Positions 16,758 through 27,214 of a stretch of 64,000 nt of DNA are shown here, one piece after another. Made by a program: the position numbers and the translations under genes. Origin of the DNA: Candidatus Multivoradales bacterium (lineage in GTDB: Bacteria > Acidobacteriota > Thermoanaerobaculia > Multivoradales > JAHEKO01); the NCBI GenBank assembly GCA_965223155.1, contig CBDCVR010000014.1, positions 32,001 to 96,000 of the forward strand, written 5' to 3'. Under the pieces are notes generated by a model. That model made no database searches and was not told the DNA's origin. It saw only the letters and a program-made list of their open reading frames with translations. The first letter of the stretch is position 1; each line of letters begins with the position of its first letter.

Positions 16758-19700
16758 TTAGGCCATCGGTGGTATTGATTCTGTACACAGCTCGTCCAAT
16801 AAAGGCTTTGCCTCTATCAAATCCACCGTGTCAAACCCCTCGGTGAACCATTCATAGACTGGGGCGAGCAAGTCGTAGGCATCCTGGCGCTTGCCCTGCG
16901 ACTGCCACAGGCGGGCCAGGCTGGTGGCGGCGCGCAGTTCCCAGGATTTGGCCTCTTGGCGACGGGCGATGTCCAGGGCCTGCTGGAAACAGGTTTCCGC
17001 CTGCGCCGCATCCGGGACGGCCTGGCGCAGCATCAAAGCCCCCTTGATGCGGTGCGTCTCCGCCTCGTACCAGCGCGCCTCTGTCTGCTCGGTCAACTCC
17101 AGCGCCTCGGCCACCATGTGCAAGCCTGCGTCGACCTGCCCCAGCGCGCCTAAGGCCTCCGCCAAGACGGGAAGCAATGCTGGCGGAGCCATACGGTTTT
17201 CCGTCGCCAGCACGTCCGCCACCCCCTGACGCATCAGCGTCACTCCCTCCTCGCCCTGGCCCTGAGCAGCTAGCGCCCAGCCCAGTATAAACCTTCCCTG
17301 GGGCGCATATTGCGCCAACGTGTGCTCGGTTGCCAGTGCGATGTTCGCCTCGGCCTGTTCCTGGCCCGCATGCGCCTCCCTCCGCAACATATGCAGAAGT
17401 GACGCAAAGTTCAGCGCCCCGGCGAGGGTTAGGGGATGCCCTAGCTCCCGCGCCAGGGCGCAGGCGGCCTGACTCCGCTTGAGGCCCTGGTCCGGATAGC
17501 CCAAAAGCCACAGGGTGACTGCGGCGGAGTATAGGCGCATCACCCCAGGGGCATTGCCATAGCGGAGCGCGAGCGTCCGCTGCGCCTCCGGATCGGTCAG
17601 GGCGGCCCCATGCTCTAGGTGCGGGCGGGCAGCGGTTAACGCACCCATGAAGGTCAAGGTGTAGCCAAATGACGTGTGCGCCACCAAGAGACGGGAGGCA
17701 TCGGGCTGGCGTTGAGCTAGGCTGAGGAGCTGTTCCCCCACCTCCCGCGCCATTGGCAATCTCCCTCCAGTTTGATAAAACCGCCACAGACCGCGCAGCG
17801 CAGGAAACAGCTGCTGGCGTCTCTCCCGCCTGCTGGCACAGCTCCCGGGCGCGGCTATAGGTCTGCTCCACCTCGGCGGCGGCATAGCCATGGGTGGCCA
17901 TCAATGCGGGGCCGAGCGCCATATGCAGGGCGAGTTCCTGCTGGGTGCGCTCGGGCGTCTCGGGCAGCGTCGCCAACAACTCTAGCCCGGTGCGCAGGTG
18001 ACGCACGGCTTCCTGATGGGCCGAGCGCCGCCCCGCGTGTTGCCCCGCCTGCTGCCAGTAGCCAATGGCCTGGTCGAGACAGGCCGCTTCGGTATAGTGA
18101 TGCGCCACCACCTCCGGCTGCGTCTCGACCACCTCGAGAAACCGCGCTTCCAGGAGCTGGGCCACCTGCTGGTGATACCCCTGCCGCGTATTGCGCAGCA
18201 ATGACGCATACGCCGCATCCTGGATTAAGGCGTGTTTGAAGAGATAGCGGGCCCGGGGCGGCCGGCCCCGCTGGTAGAGCAGTTCCGCCTGCACCAACTG
18301 CGCCAGCGCCGCTTGCAAGGTCGCCTCGTCCTGCCAGGAGAGCGCCTGGAGTATGGCATACGGAAACTCCCGCCCCAGCACCGACCCTAGCTGCGCCACC
18401 TCTTTGGCCGTGTTCATTTGGTCCAGCCGGGCCATCAGCGAATCCTGCAAAGTATCCGGGATCGCCACGCTCAAGAGCGGCCCGGTCAGCACATATTGCT
18501 CAGCTTCCTCCCGCAGCAGATCCGAGGTCAATAGCATCTTGGTCAGCTCTTCCACATAGAGGGGCACGCCATCGGTCTTGCCCACAATATGCGCCACGAC
18601 CTCTTCTGGGAGCGGCTTGCCGCAGGCCAGGCGGCTCACAAGCGCTTCCACCTGCGGCCGCTCCAAGCGGCTCAGGGTGATTGGGGTCAGGTGCGAACGA
18701 GCAGGCCAGGGCGACTCAAACTCGGACCGGTACGTGAGCACGTGTAGCATCGTGGCGGTGGGAGCCTGCTCAACCATCAGACTCAGGGTTTCCAGGGTCG
18801 AGGGGTCGGCCCAGTGCAGATCTTCCCACACCGCCAGCACGGGTTGGCGTTCCGCTTCTTCCAGCAGCCACGCCACCAGCATATCCTGCGTCTGTTGCCG
18901 CTGTTGTTGAGGACTCAAAGTCAGAGCAGCATAGCGGCCCTCGGGCAACGGCAACGAGAGCAGCGCAGCCATCAAGGGCGCCGCTTCCTCCAGCGGCAGA
19001 CCGGCGTCCACCAGCCCCTGTTCCAATTTCCCCAGACGCGTGTTGGCAGTGTCCTCCGGCTGCCAGCCGAGCGCCCGCTGCACCTGCTCGATGATGGGGT
19101 AAAAGGCGCTGTTGACATGATACGGCGAGCAGCGAAACGCAATGCGCGTGAAGCCCTCTTGGCGAACATGGTCTCGCAGCCCCTCAACCAGCGACGACTT
19201 GCCAATACCCGCTTCGCCACTGAGCAACACCACTTGCCCCAGACTCTCTTTGCTCTGCTCCCAACGTCGTAACAGCAGGCCAATTTCTTCGTCACGGCCC
19301 ACCAAGGCGTCAAATCCACCTGAGAGCATCGCCGCATGGTCATCGCGCTCCGCTTCACGCGGACTCACGACCGTGTAGAGCCTCATGGGCTCGGCTACGC
19401 CTTTGAGGTCGTGGGCGCCGAATTCCTCCAAGACAAACAAGCGTTGCGTAAGCTGCGCCGTCACCGGGCTAATCACCACGGCGTTGGCCTGAGCCAGACC
19501 TTCAAGCCGCGCCGCAATGTTGGGCGTCTCACCCAGCGCCAGGTTTTCGTGGCGGCCGCCGCCGCCCATTTCACCCACCACCACTGGGCCGGTATGAATG
19601 CCGATGCGCACGGCAAGTTCAACGTCATACGCTGTTTTGATACGCGTGTTGAGCGTAGCCATCGCCTCGACAATCCCCAATCCCGTATAGACGGCGCGCG

Positions 19701-20391
19701 GCGCATCATCTTCGTGCGCCACGGGGAAGCCAAAATAGATGAGCAGGCCATCGCCCAGATACTGCGCAATGTGCCCCTCATAACGCCCAATGACTTCGGC
19801 GGCTGTCTCTTGATAGGCGCGCACCACCTCGCGCAAATCTTCGGGATCGAGTTTACCAGAGAGATCGGTAGAGCCCACCAGGTCGCAGAACATCACGGTG
19901 AGCTGGCGCCGTTCGGCTTCCGGCGCGCTGCGGACCAGTTCCGGCTCGGCAATCCGCTCGTTAGGCAGGGGTTCAGGCGGCGCAGCCGCTTCCGCCATCG
20001 TTCCTGCGGGCGCTGTCCAAACCAACACCTTGCCGCCTGCATCGCGAGCCGCCTCGATCAACAGCAGTTCTTCCTTGATCTCCTCCAGCATGACGTCGTC
20101 AATGCCAAAGAGATATTTGAGGGTGCGATAAGTAGCCCGCCCGTTTCCTCGGAGCAGCCCTATCACGGCGGGCATCAGCGCCTGAAACCGACTCTCGGCA
20201 TCAGCTTCTCGCGGCGCAGACAGGGCAGAGCCAGGCGCCGAGATTAGCGCCGCACCGCATTGATCGCAGAATTTCGCATCGGCGGCATTCTCACGCCCAC
20301 AGGCCGGACACACAGGGGCAAATGGCGCGGCGCACTGATTGCAGAACTTGGCGTCCGAAGCGTTTTCATGCTGGCACTGGAGACATTGCAT
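16758..20391 (-). pseudogene. Double zinc ribbon - class III adenylate/guanylate cyclase - AAA ATPase - TPR protein, frameshifted near 17815
   Basis: Four CxxC, MFCDLVGST, YLGDG, RIGIHTG, NIAARLE, Walker A GEAGIGKS, EDLHWAD and FKHALIQD. The TPR tail ending WFTEGFDT is in a second frame. Confidence 0.88.
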
Positions 20392-20415
20392 ACCGCGCTC
20401 CCACGCGTAGGGGAT

Positions 20416-22317
20416 TTAAAAATAAAATTGCCAGCCAATACTAGCAGTCATAAAAGCCTCACCGAAATCATTTCTGTGGTTAATTTCGATGTTGAACACG
20501 CTTTGCTGTGTCAACGCTATTCTCTGACCAAGCCCAATTTGATAAGCATTGGCGTCAATACCCTGAACATACCGGAGAAAACGGCCTGAGAGCCTCACTC
20601 GCCAGCGGTTCGACACATCCCAAAGAACACCCGCGCTCGATCCCACAGCAATCGCCATATATTGCTTAAAGCGGTCACCAAGATCAATCGCGCCTTCGCC
20701 GAAGGCATAGACCATACCGCGCTCCGATAGCCGATAGCTCACGCCAAGCCCCCCGTTCGCCTCGCCAACGATAGCGCTTTCACGCTCGGAAAACCGTTTC
20801 CGTTGCGCGCCGATGTTGACTTTCCAGGACCAGGGCTGCAAAAAGCGGTCGCGCAAGGGCGTCGAGACGAGGTCGATAAGTCCAAAGCGCTCCAGGTTGA
20901 TCTTGCCCCGGTTGAAATCATAGCGAAGCTCGACATGCAAAAATTCAAGCTGCGCGCCCGGTGGGTAACCGCCTGCAGGGTCGAGCAGATCATGATAGGC
21001 GTGCCGGTATTGCAACCCCACAAATGGCGCGTCATCCTCAAATCCCAATACAACTCCGAACCTGGAGGTTTTGTGCCCTTGATCCGGCCGCACGACAGGC
21101 GCCGGGATGTGAGGCGATTGATCGGGAACCTTTAGGGCGCTTCTCATCTTGAGTAAAGCCAGCGTCGTCCGCTCCTGCTCGTCCCCTGCATCCGAGTGTT
21201 TACGATAGCCCAGGTACTCTAGCGCCAATTCCACGACTTGAGCCTGCTCGACCGGGGTGAGCGCCAGCGTCTCCATACTCTCAGCGGCGATCTCACCCGC
21301 AGCTAAGCCTCGGGCCATGTCCTGAAGCCGAGCCTCCATGCCGTACAAGCGATGACGCAGGACCGTGCTTCGAGACGGACGATACCGCACCTGCTGGAGG
21401 AGTCCTGGAGCCGTCGTCACGGCGCGCACGGTGTCCGAGGGAATCGCCTGCAGAGAGAACTGATCGGTCAGCGTCAACGAGGGCCTCGCCACTTCGATTA
21501 ACGACAATAACTGATAAGAGCAATTCTCACGGTGAAAAAAATAGTCGAAATGCGCTGAGCGCAGCTCCCATACATGCATCAACAAGCGCCGTGTTTCCTC
21601 CGGGTTCAGAGTCAACTGGTATTCCCAGATATCGCGATTCTCGATGTCGCCGTATTCCCTGACCTTGCGATGATAGCGAGACACGGAAAAGCGCCCTGGA
21701 AACGCGCCAAACAGCCCCTTCACCGCATAAACAACGCCGCGCGCTTCATCCGTTTGCGCCGCGAAATTCACCGTAAAATCCAAAAGCCGCGTTTGCTCCG
21801 TGTGCGTCGCCGCGTCTATCCGCAGGAGGGTGTGGCCGAACATGGATGGCGGGTTATTCAGATAGGCTACGGGAAAAATCAACGTGACCCCGTGCGGGTC
21901 GATGGCCGAGAGCCAGTCGTCAAAGCGCGGACAAGATTGCTCCGGCAAGCGTTGGGGATCGAAGCCCAGCCTTTGTTTCAACCACTGGTATCGCGCGATA
22001 AAGACGCATTGAGGGTGCGCATCAGGTTCTGTGGGACGAACGCCAGCAAAAAACCGGGTCAAGGTCGCCTGAAGCTCTGCAGCGGGATCATGATTGCCGT
22101 TAGACGCATTGAAAAATGCCTCGGCGTCGACTGCGCTGTGCGCGCGTGAACGCAGCCAACCGGGCTGGTAATGGAGCAGCAGCGCCCACTCCCTGCTTTC
22201 CGCCAAGCGCAGTTGGCGAGCGCGTTGGATGAGTTCTTCTAGATAAGCCTGGTCCGCAGCATGCGCCGCCATCGCCAACACCAGGGCCAGCAACGCCTGC
22301 ATCAAAAGGCTTTTCAT
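20416..22317 (-). CDS. DUF4105-domain protein with signal peptide and probable C-terminal beta-barrel
   Basis: QCVFIARYQWL, SMFGHTLLRID, YDIENRDIWEY-like YGDIENRDIWEY and YFFHRENCSY motifs; ends WQFYF. Confidence 0.85.
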   Translation of the reverse strand: MKSLLMQALLALVLAMAAHAADQAYLEELIQRARQLRLAESREWALLLHYQPGWLRSRAHSAVDAEAFFNASNGNHDPAAELQATLTRFFAGVRPTEPDAHPQCVFIARYQWLKQRLGFDPQRLPEQSCPRFDDWLSAIDPHGVTLIFPVAYLNNPPSMFGHTLLRIDAATHTEQTRLLDFTVNFAAQTDEARGVVYAVKGLFGAFPGRFSVSRYHRKVREYGDIENRDIWEYQLTLNPEETRRLLMHVWELRSAHFDYFFHRENCSYQLLSLIEVARPSLTLTDQFSLQAIPSDTVRAVTTAPGLLQQVRYRPSRSTVLRHRLYGMEARLQDMARGLAAGEIAAESMETLALTPVEQAQVVELALEYLGYRKHSDAGDEQERTTLALLKMRSALKVPDQSPHIPAPVVRPDQGHKTSRFGVVLGFEDDAPFVGLQYRHAYHDLLDPAGGYPPGAQLEFLHVELRYDFNRGKINLERFGLIDLVSTPLRDRFLQPWSWKVNIGAQRKRFSERESAIVGEANGGLGVSYRLSERGMVYAFGEGAIDLGDRFKQYMAIAVGSSAGVLWDVSNRWRVRLSGRFLRYVQGIDANAYQIGLGQRIALTQQSVFNIEINHRNDFGEAFMTASIGWQFYF

Positions 22318-22325
22318 CTCATGAG

Positions 22326-22748
22326 CTACTGAGTGAGATAGGAATGAGCTGCTAATTCAAGTTCCAGTCTGGTCATCAATTGGTCAGGCGTGGTCTGGCC
22401 GGAATCAAACAGAGATGCAAAGCGATTCTTCGTCAACGCGAAAAACGCCTGTTGCTGCTCATCCGGCACGCCAAGGATAAAGCCGAGCGAAGATAAATGC
22501 TCACCATTGCCGACCGCCATCTCTGCTCGCAGGCGATCGAAATTGGCGTCTGCAAAAGCGATAGCTTTTTCTCTGGGCGTGGCGTTCTTATCCGCAATCG
22601 CGCCGCCAGTGGTGGAAGTGACCTCACTTGTCGCATCGGAGGTATTTTCGATGCTCCCTGTGGCGGTGTTCATCACGGCGCAGGAGGTCATCAGCAAGGC
22701 CAAGCCAAGAATGCCCATCCATATCGAGAAAGCTCGGCAGCATGTCAT
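22326..22748 (-). CDS. DUF3015-family protein, probable lipoprotein
   Basis: NFDRLRAEMAVGNGEHLSSL motif, lipobox-like LMTSC, and position directly upstream of DUF4105. Confidence 0.75.
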   Translation of the reverse strand: MTCCRAFSIWMGILGLALLMTSCAVMNTATGSIENTSDATSEVTSTTGGAIADKNATPREKAIAFADANFDRLRAEMAVGNGEHLSSLGFILGVPDEQQQAFFALTKNRFASLFDSGQTTPDQLMTRLELELAAHSYLTQ

Positions 22749-22796
22749 ACGATATTGTCCTTGTTTGATGAGATTCGCGCAACAACCCCTTGAGCC

Positions 22797-23624
22797 TCAG
22801 TTCTCTCTCACCCCGCACAGGAAATCCCTGACAGTCTTGATAAAACGCTCCGGGAAAGCCGCGTGCATGCCGTGCCCGCTGTCCTCCCAGGTCTCCACCC
22901 GGCAGTTCGGCAGCAGCGACAACGAACGCGCCGTCCACGCCTCCGTCATAACGCCGCCCAGCGCCTGGTTGGCGGTCAGCAGCAAAGACGGCGGCGACGC
23001 CTTCCGCAACTGGCCTTCTACATCCCAGCCCGCGGTAGCGCGGCCGGTGACCGAGGCGCGCAGCACATCAATATCCATCATCAGCAACTGCTTTGCCTTG
23101 GTTGCAGCCGCCGACCTTGCGCCCCCGTTGTGTTGAAACACCGCCTCGGCCAGGGCCTCTTCGATTACCCCGGCCTCAAGCAGGTCAAGCTGCCAGCCGA
23201 ATCGCGATCGCGGCGTCCCAGCCTCGCCGCTCACTTCATGCGTGAACATGGGTGGGTCTTCGTAGACGACGGCCTTGACCATGTCTGGAATGGACGCCGC
23301 CACGCCCACTGCAGTCGTCGCGCCCAGCGAGTGTCCCACCACGTAAGTGGGCGCGCCAATGTAATGCTGGATCAGCGCCACGAGGTCAACGGCGTACAAA
23401 TCGCGGTGGTAGCCGCCGGGGAGGTGGCCCGACTTGCCATGGCCGCGCAAGTCCACGGCAAAACAGCGCCAGTCCGCCACAAAGGCCGAGACAATCGGCT
23501 CCCAGGTCGACCAGTCGCTAGTGACGCCATGAATGAATAGCAGGGGCGGCCCATGGTCCGCCCATTCGGCGACGTTGATCGCCACCTCGCCCGCATCGAA
23601 CTGCCGCTCCACAAATTCGCTCAT
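22797..23624 (-). CDS. Alpha/beta hydrolase
   Basis: FIHG, DLRGHGKS, GHSLG nucleophile elbow and SGHGMH. Confidence 0.9.
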   Translation of the reverse strand: MSEFVERQFDAGEVAINVAEWADHGPPLLFIHGVTSDWSTWEPIVSAFVADWRCFAVDLRGHGKSGHLPGGYHRDLYAVDLVALIQHYIGAPTYVVGHSLGATTAVGVAASIPDMVKAVVYEDPPMFTHEVSGEAGTPRSRFGWQLDLLEAGVIEEALAEAVFQHNGGARSAAATKAKQLLMMDIDVLRASVTGRATAGWDVEGQLRKASPPSLLLTANQALGGVMTEAWTARSLSLLPNCRVETWEDSGHGMHAAFPERFIKTVRDFLCGVREN

Positions 23625-23883
23625 GCCGTTTCTCTCTCCAGGGGCTAATCGCCGCCTGACCCCAATCCCACCACACGATCGCGCCGCCCCTCAGGCGGCG
23701 CACGGGCCGCCCCCCCCAGGGACCAATCTCTCGAATGGTCGATAGTACCGGCTCTAAGGTCTGTGGTCAAGGTGATGGATGTGTTATCATCCCTTCATTC
23801 ACATGCCGCGCGTCCAAGCGCCGTGATCGCCCGCAGCGCCGATCTGCGCCACTAGCCCCAAACGCTGAAAAAGGAATCTCGCT

Positions 23884-24678
23884 ATGGATCTCGGGCTCTC
23901 AGGAAAATCCGTCATCGTCACCGGCGGCAGTTCGAATATCGGGCGCGCGATTGTGCTGCAGTTTGCCGAAGAAGGCGCCAACATCACCATTGGCGATATC
24001 GATCAGGAAGCGGCTGAGAGCGTCGCGGCGCTGGCGCTGCAACACGGCGCAGGCGGCGCCCAGGCGATCCGCACGGACGTCACGGAGCTGAGCCAGGTCG
24101 AGGCGATGTGCGCCGCCGCCGCCAATCGCTATGGCGCTATCGATGTCTTGGTGAACAACGTCGGCTGGGATCAACTCATGTTTTTCACCCAGACCACGCC
24201 GGAGTTTTGGGATAAAATCGTGCGGCTCAATTACATCGGCATGCTCAATTGCTGCAAAACGGTTCTGGAGACCATGATCCCGCAAAACAGCGGCGCCATC
24301 GTCTCCATCAGCTCCGACGCCGCGCGGCAGGGTGAACCGCGCGAGGCGGTATACGGCGGCATTAAAGCGGCGATCAACAGCGTCATGAAAACCCTGGCCA
24401 AGGAAAACGGCCGCTATGGCATCCGCTGCAACGCCGTGTGCCCGGGCGTGACAATTCCGGATGACGAGGAAGTGGGCCGCCACAGCATGTGGATCAACAA
24501 AGACGACATGTTTACCCCGGAGCAGCTCGACCGCGTGGCCAGAGCGCTACCCCTGCGCAAAGTTGGGCGGCCGCAAGACATCGCCAATGCCGTGGTTTTT
24601 CTCGCCTCGGCCAAGCGAGCGGGGCATATTACGGGACAGGTCTTGAGTGTGAGCGGCGGTTACAGTATGGTGGGGTAG
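23884..24678 (+). CDS. SDR oxidoreductase (BadH/2-hydroxycyclohexanecarboxyl-CoA dehydrogenase-like)
   Basis: TGGSSNIG, NNVGWD, YGGIK and ITGQVLSVSGG motifs. Confidence 0.88.
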   Translation: MDLGLSGKSVIVTGGSSNIGRAIVLQFAEEGANITIGDIDQEAAESVAALALQHGAGGAQAIRTDVTELSQVEAMCAAAANRYGAIDVLVNNVGWDQLMFFTQTTPEFWDKIVRLNYIGMLNCCKTVLETMIPQNSGAIVSISSDAARQGEPREAVYGGIKAAINSVMKTLAKENGRYGIRCNAVCPGVTIPDDEEVGRHSMWINKDDMFTPEQLDRVARALPLRKVGRPQDIANAVVFLASAKRAGHITGQVLSVSGGYSMVG

Positions 24679-24723
24679 ATATCACATCGACGGAAAAGGC
24701 GCAATCGATCAAGGAGGCTCGAG

Positions 24724-25038
24724 ATGGCTGAGCAACGCCCGGCAATTTACGACAGCAATCCCAAACTCGGCGAACTGCGCGATAACGTGCTCTTTGGCGA
24801 CGTCTGGGAACAAACCGATCTCTCCAAGCGCGACCGCAGTCTGGTCACCATTACGGCGCTCATCGCCCTGTACCGCACGGGCGAGTTGCGCGGCCACTTA
24901 AAGCGCGCTCTGGCCAATGGCGTGACCAGGGACGAAATTACCGGGGTGATGACGCACATGGCCTTTTACGCTGGCTGGCCAACCGCCGCCAATGCCGTGC
25001 AAGTGGCCAAAGAGGTATTTGACGAGGAGGGTGTTTAG
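24724..25038 (+). CDS. Carboxymuconolactone decarboxylase-family protein
   Basis: LFGDVW...LSKRDRSLVTI, HLKRALANG and AFYAGWP motifs. Confidence 0.9.
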   Translation: MAEQRPAIYDSNPKLGELRDNVLFGDVWEQTDLSKRDRSLVTITALIALYRTGELRGHLKRALANGVTRDEITGVMTHMAFYAGWPTAANAVQVAKEVFDEEGV

Positions 25039-25116
25039 GCGCAGGGGCTTGTTAGCTCAACCTAGGCATCCTATTCGGCATCAAAGCGATCGTTTCACTC
25101 ACAGGAAGGACGCCCT

Positions 25117-26007
25117 ATGGACGTCTTGTCAATGACACAGGTTCCAACCCTTAAGCACCCGATCCTCATCCTGTCTTTTACCGGCTGGAATGATGCTGGC
25201 ACTGCAGCAACGTTCGCCACCAAGTTTTTGTTGCAGCGCCTGGCGGCCCGCAAGTTTGCAGATATCGATCCGGAAACGTTCTACAACTTTGTCGAACTCC
25301 GGCCAAACGTGCGCATCCGCAACGGCGAGCGCATCATTAACTGGCCAAAAAATGAGTTTTCCTACGCTAAAGATCCAGGCCTGTCGCAAGATGTGATCCT
25401 GGGCCTGGGGGTGGAGCCGCATTTGCGTTGGCGCTCGTACATGGACGCCATCATGGAAGTGGTCAAAGCCTGTAACGTCGAGTTGGTCGTCACGCTAGGC
25501 GCCTTGTTGGCGGATGTGCCCTATGCGCGTCCGGTGCGCATTACCGGTTTGACGAGCGAACCCGCGTTGTCGCGCCGCCTCAATTTGGGCGTGTCGAAGT
25601 ATGAGGGCCCCACGGGCATTGTCGGCGTGCTGCAAGACGCCTGCCGCCAGCACGGCCTGCCGGCAATCAGCATTTGGGCCAATGTGCCGCATTATATTTC
25701 CGCCACCCCTAATGTCAAAGCGGCGCTGGCGATCGTGCGGCGGGTGTTGACCTTGCTCGATTACAGCACCGATCTCTCCGATTTGGAGCGCGCTTCAGTG
25801 GAATTCGACAAGCGCATTGCCGATGTGCTGGCCTCGGATCCGAAAGTGGCCGATTACGTGCGCCGCCTGGAGGAGCGCGATGACGCCGAAGACCCCGAGG
25901 GCGATCAGGGCGACGACCTCGGCGCCTTGCCGAGCGGCGAAGAATTGGCGCGGGAACTCGAACAGTTCTTGCGCGAACAACGGCGCCCTCCGGATGAGGA
26001 CGCGTAG
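25117..26007 (+). CDS. PAC2-family (proteasome assembly chaperone-like) protein
   Basis: FTGWNDAG, GVEPHLRW, LGALLADVP, YEGPTGIVG and WANVPHY motifs. Confidence 0.88.
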   Translation: MDVLSMTQVPTLKHPILILSFTGWNDAGTAATFATKFLLQRLAARKFADIDPETFYNFVELRPNVRIRNGERIINWPKNEFSYAKDPGLSQDVILGLGVEPHLRWRSYMDAIMEVVKACNVELVVTLGALLADVPYARPVRITGLTSEPALSRRLNLGVSKYEGPTGIVGVLQDACRQHGLPAISIWANVPHYISATPNVKAALAIVRRVLTLLDYSTDLSDLERASVEFDKRIADVLASDPKVADYVRRLEERDDAEDPEGDQGDDLGALPSGEELARELEQFLREQRRPPDEDA

Positions 26008-26013
26008 CGCCCG

Positions 26014-27060
26014 GTGACGACGATGCGCCAGGTGTGCATTCCCCGCTATGGGCCGCCGGAGGTGCTGCGTCTGCAGGACGCGCCGGAGCCGCCGCTGACG
26101 CCGACAGATGTGCGCATTGCCGTGCATGCCAGTGGGGTGAATTTCGCCGATGTGATGGCCCGCCAGGGGCTGTATCCGGATTGCCCGAAACCGCCGGTGG
26201 TGGTGGGCTATGAAGTGGCCGGGCGGGTGATCGAAGCCGGGGCCGAGGCGACAGGCGTGGCCACTGGCCAGCGCGTCGTGGCGCTGACGCGGTTTGGCGG
26301 CTATGCGGATCAAGTTGTCGTCCCGTGGCGCCAGGTGTTCGCGCTGCCTGACGATATGCCGTTCACCGACGCCGCGGCGCTGCCGGTGAATTACCTCACC
26401 GCCTATCTGGCGCTGTATGTGTGCGGCCATTTGCAAACCAGCGAGCGCGTGCTCATCCATGGCGCCGGCGGCGGGGTGGGGCTCGCCGCCATGCAGCTTT
26501 GCCGCTTGCGCGACGCCGAAATTTACGCCACGGCCTCCGTGCGCAAGCACGATTTTTTGCGCCAGCACGGCGCCCATCACACCTTTACGTATGATCCCAA
26601 AGCACTGCGTCAGGGCATTCATGACGCCACTGCAGGCCGCGGCGTCGACATCGCGCTCGATCCCCACGGGGGCCGCTCGTTCGCCGAGAGCTACCGGCTC
26701 CTGGCGCCGCTGGGCCGCTTGATCATGTTCGGGGTGTCAAGCCTGAGTCCGGGTTTGCGCCGCCATCCCCTGACGGCGCTCTGGCATCTCCTGCGCATGC
26801 CCTGGTTTCATCCCATCCGGCTGTTGAACGACAATGCCGCTGTCATCGGCGTCAACCTGGGACATCTGTGGGAGGAACAGACGCTGTTGACACAGGCAAT
26901 GACGCATCTCTTGTCGCTGTATCAAGAGGGGCGCATTCGTCCCGTGATTGCGCGTCAGTTTGACCTGTCCGACGCGTCTGCAGCGCATCAGTATATACAC
27001 GAGCGGCAAAATATCGGCAAAGTGCTGCTCGTTTCGCATTCTGGAGCAGATGGGCCATAA
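26014..27060 (+). CDS. MDR-superfamily NADPH:quinone oxidoreductase (VAT-1-like)
   Basis: GVNFADVMARQGLY, FGGYA, HGAGGGVG and NIGKVLL motifs. Confidence 0.9.
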   Translation: MTTMRQVCIPRYGPPEVLRLQDAPEPPLTPTDVRIAVHASGVNFADVMARQGLYPDCPKPPVVVGYEVAGRVIEAGAEATGVATGQRVVALTRFGGYADQVVVPWRQVFALPDDMPFTDAAALPVNYLTAYLALYVCGHLQTSERVLIHGAGGGVGLAAMQLCRLRDAEIYATASVRKHDFLRQHGAHHTFTYDPKALRQGIHDATAGRGVDIALDPHGGRSFAESYRLLAPLGRLIMFGVSSLSPGLRRHPLTALWHLLRMPWFHPIRLLNDNAAVIGVNLGHLWEEQTLLTQAMTHLLSLYQEGRIRPVIARQFDLSDASAAHQYIHERQNIGKVLLVSHSGADGP

Positions 27061-27130
27061 AGTCTATTGGTATACGCTCGATGATCACATGCCCGAAGGC
27101 GAGCGCGCCCTCCAAAATACCGCCGGCTCT

Positions 27131-27162
27131 TTAATCTATTTTTCATCTTGGCGTTCTACAAT
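27131..27162 (+). promoter_or_regulatory. Putative OmpR-family binding box plus -10 element
   Basis: TTAATCT (27131) and TTCATCT (27142) form a direct repeat with 11-bp period, followed by TACAAT at 27157-27162. Confidence 0.5.
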
Positions 27163-27214
27163 TCTCCTTGAACCATCATTCGAACCACTGTCTCATGGAG
27201 AAGGAGATATCGCC

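Noticed and set aside
16852-17815. Apparent novel Gly/Arg/Pro-rich C-terminal domain on the cyclase
   Set aside because: It is the out-of-frame translation of the TPR region after the frameshift.
23670-23725. GC hairpin and C8 run upstream of the hydrolase as a riboswitch or phase-variation site
   Set aside because: No recognisable aptamer, and a short C run is unremarkable at this GC content.
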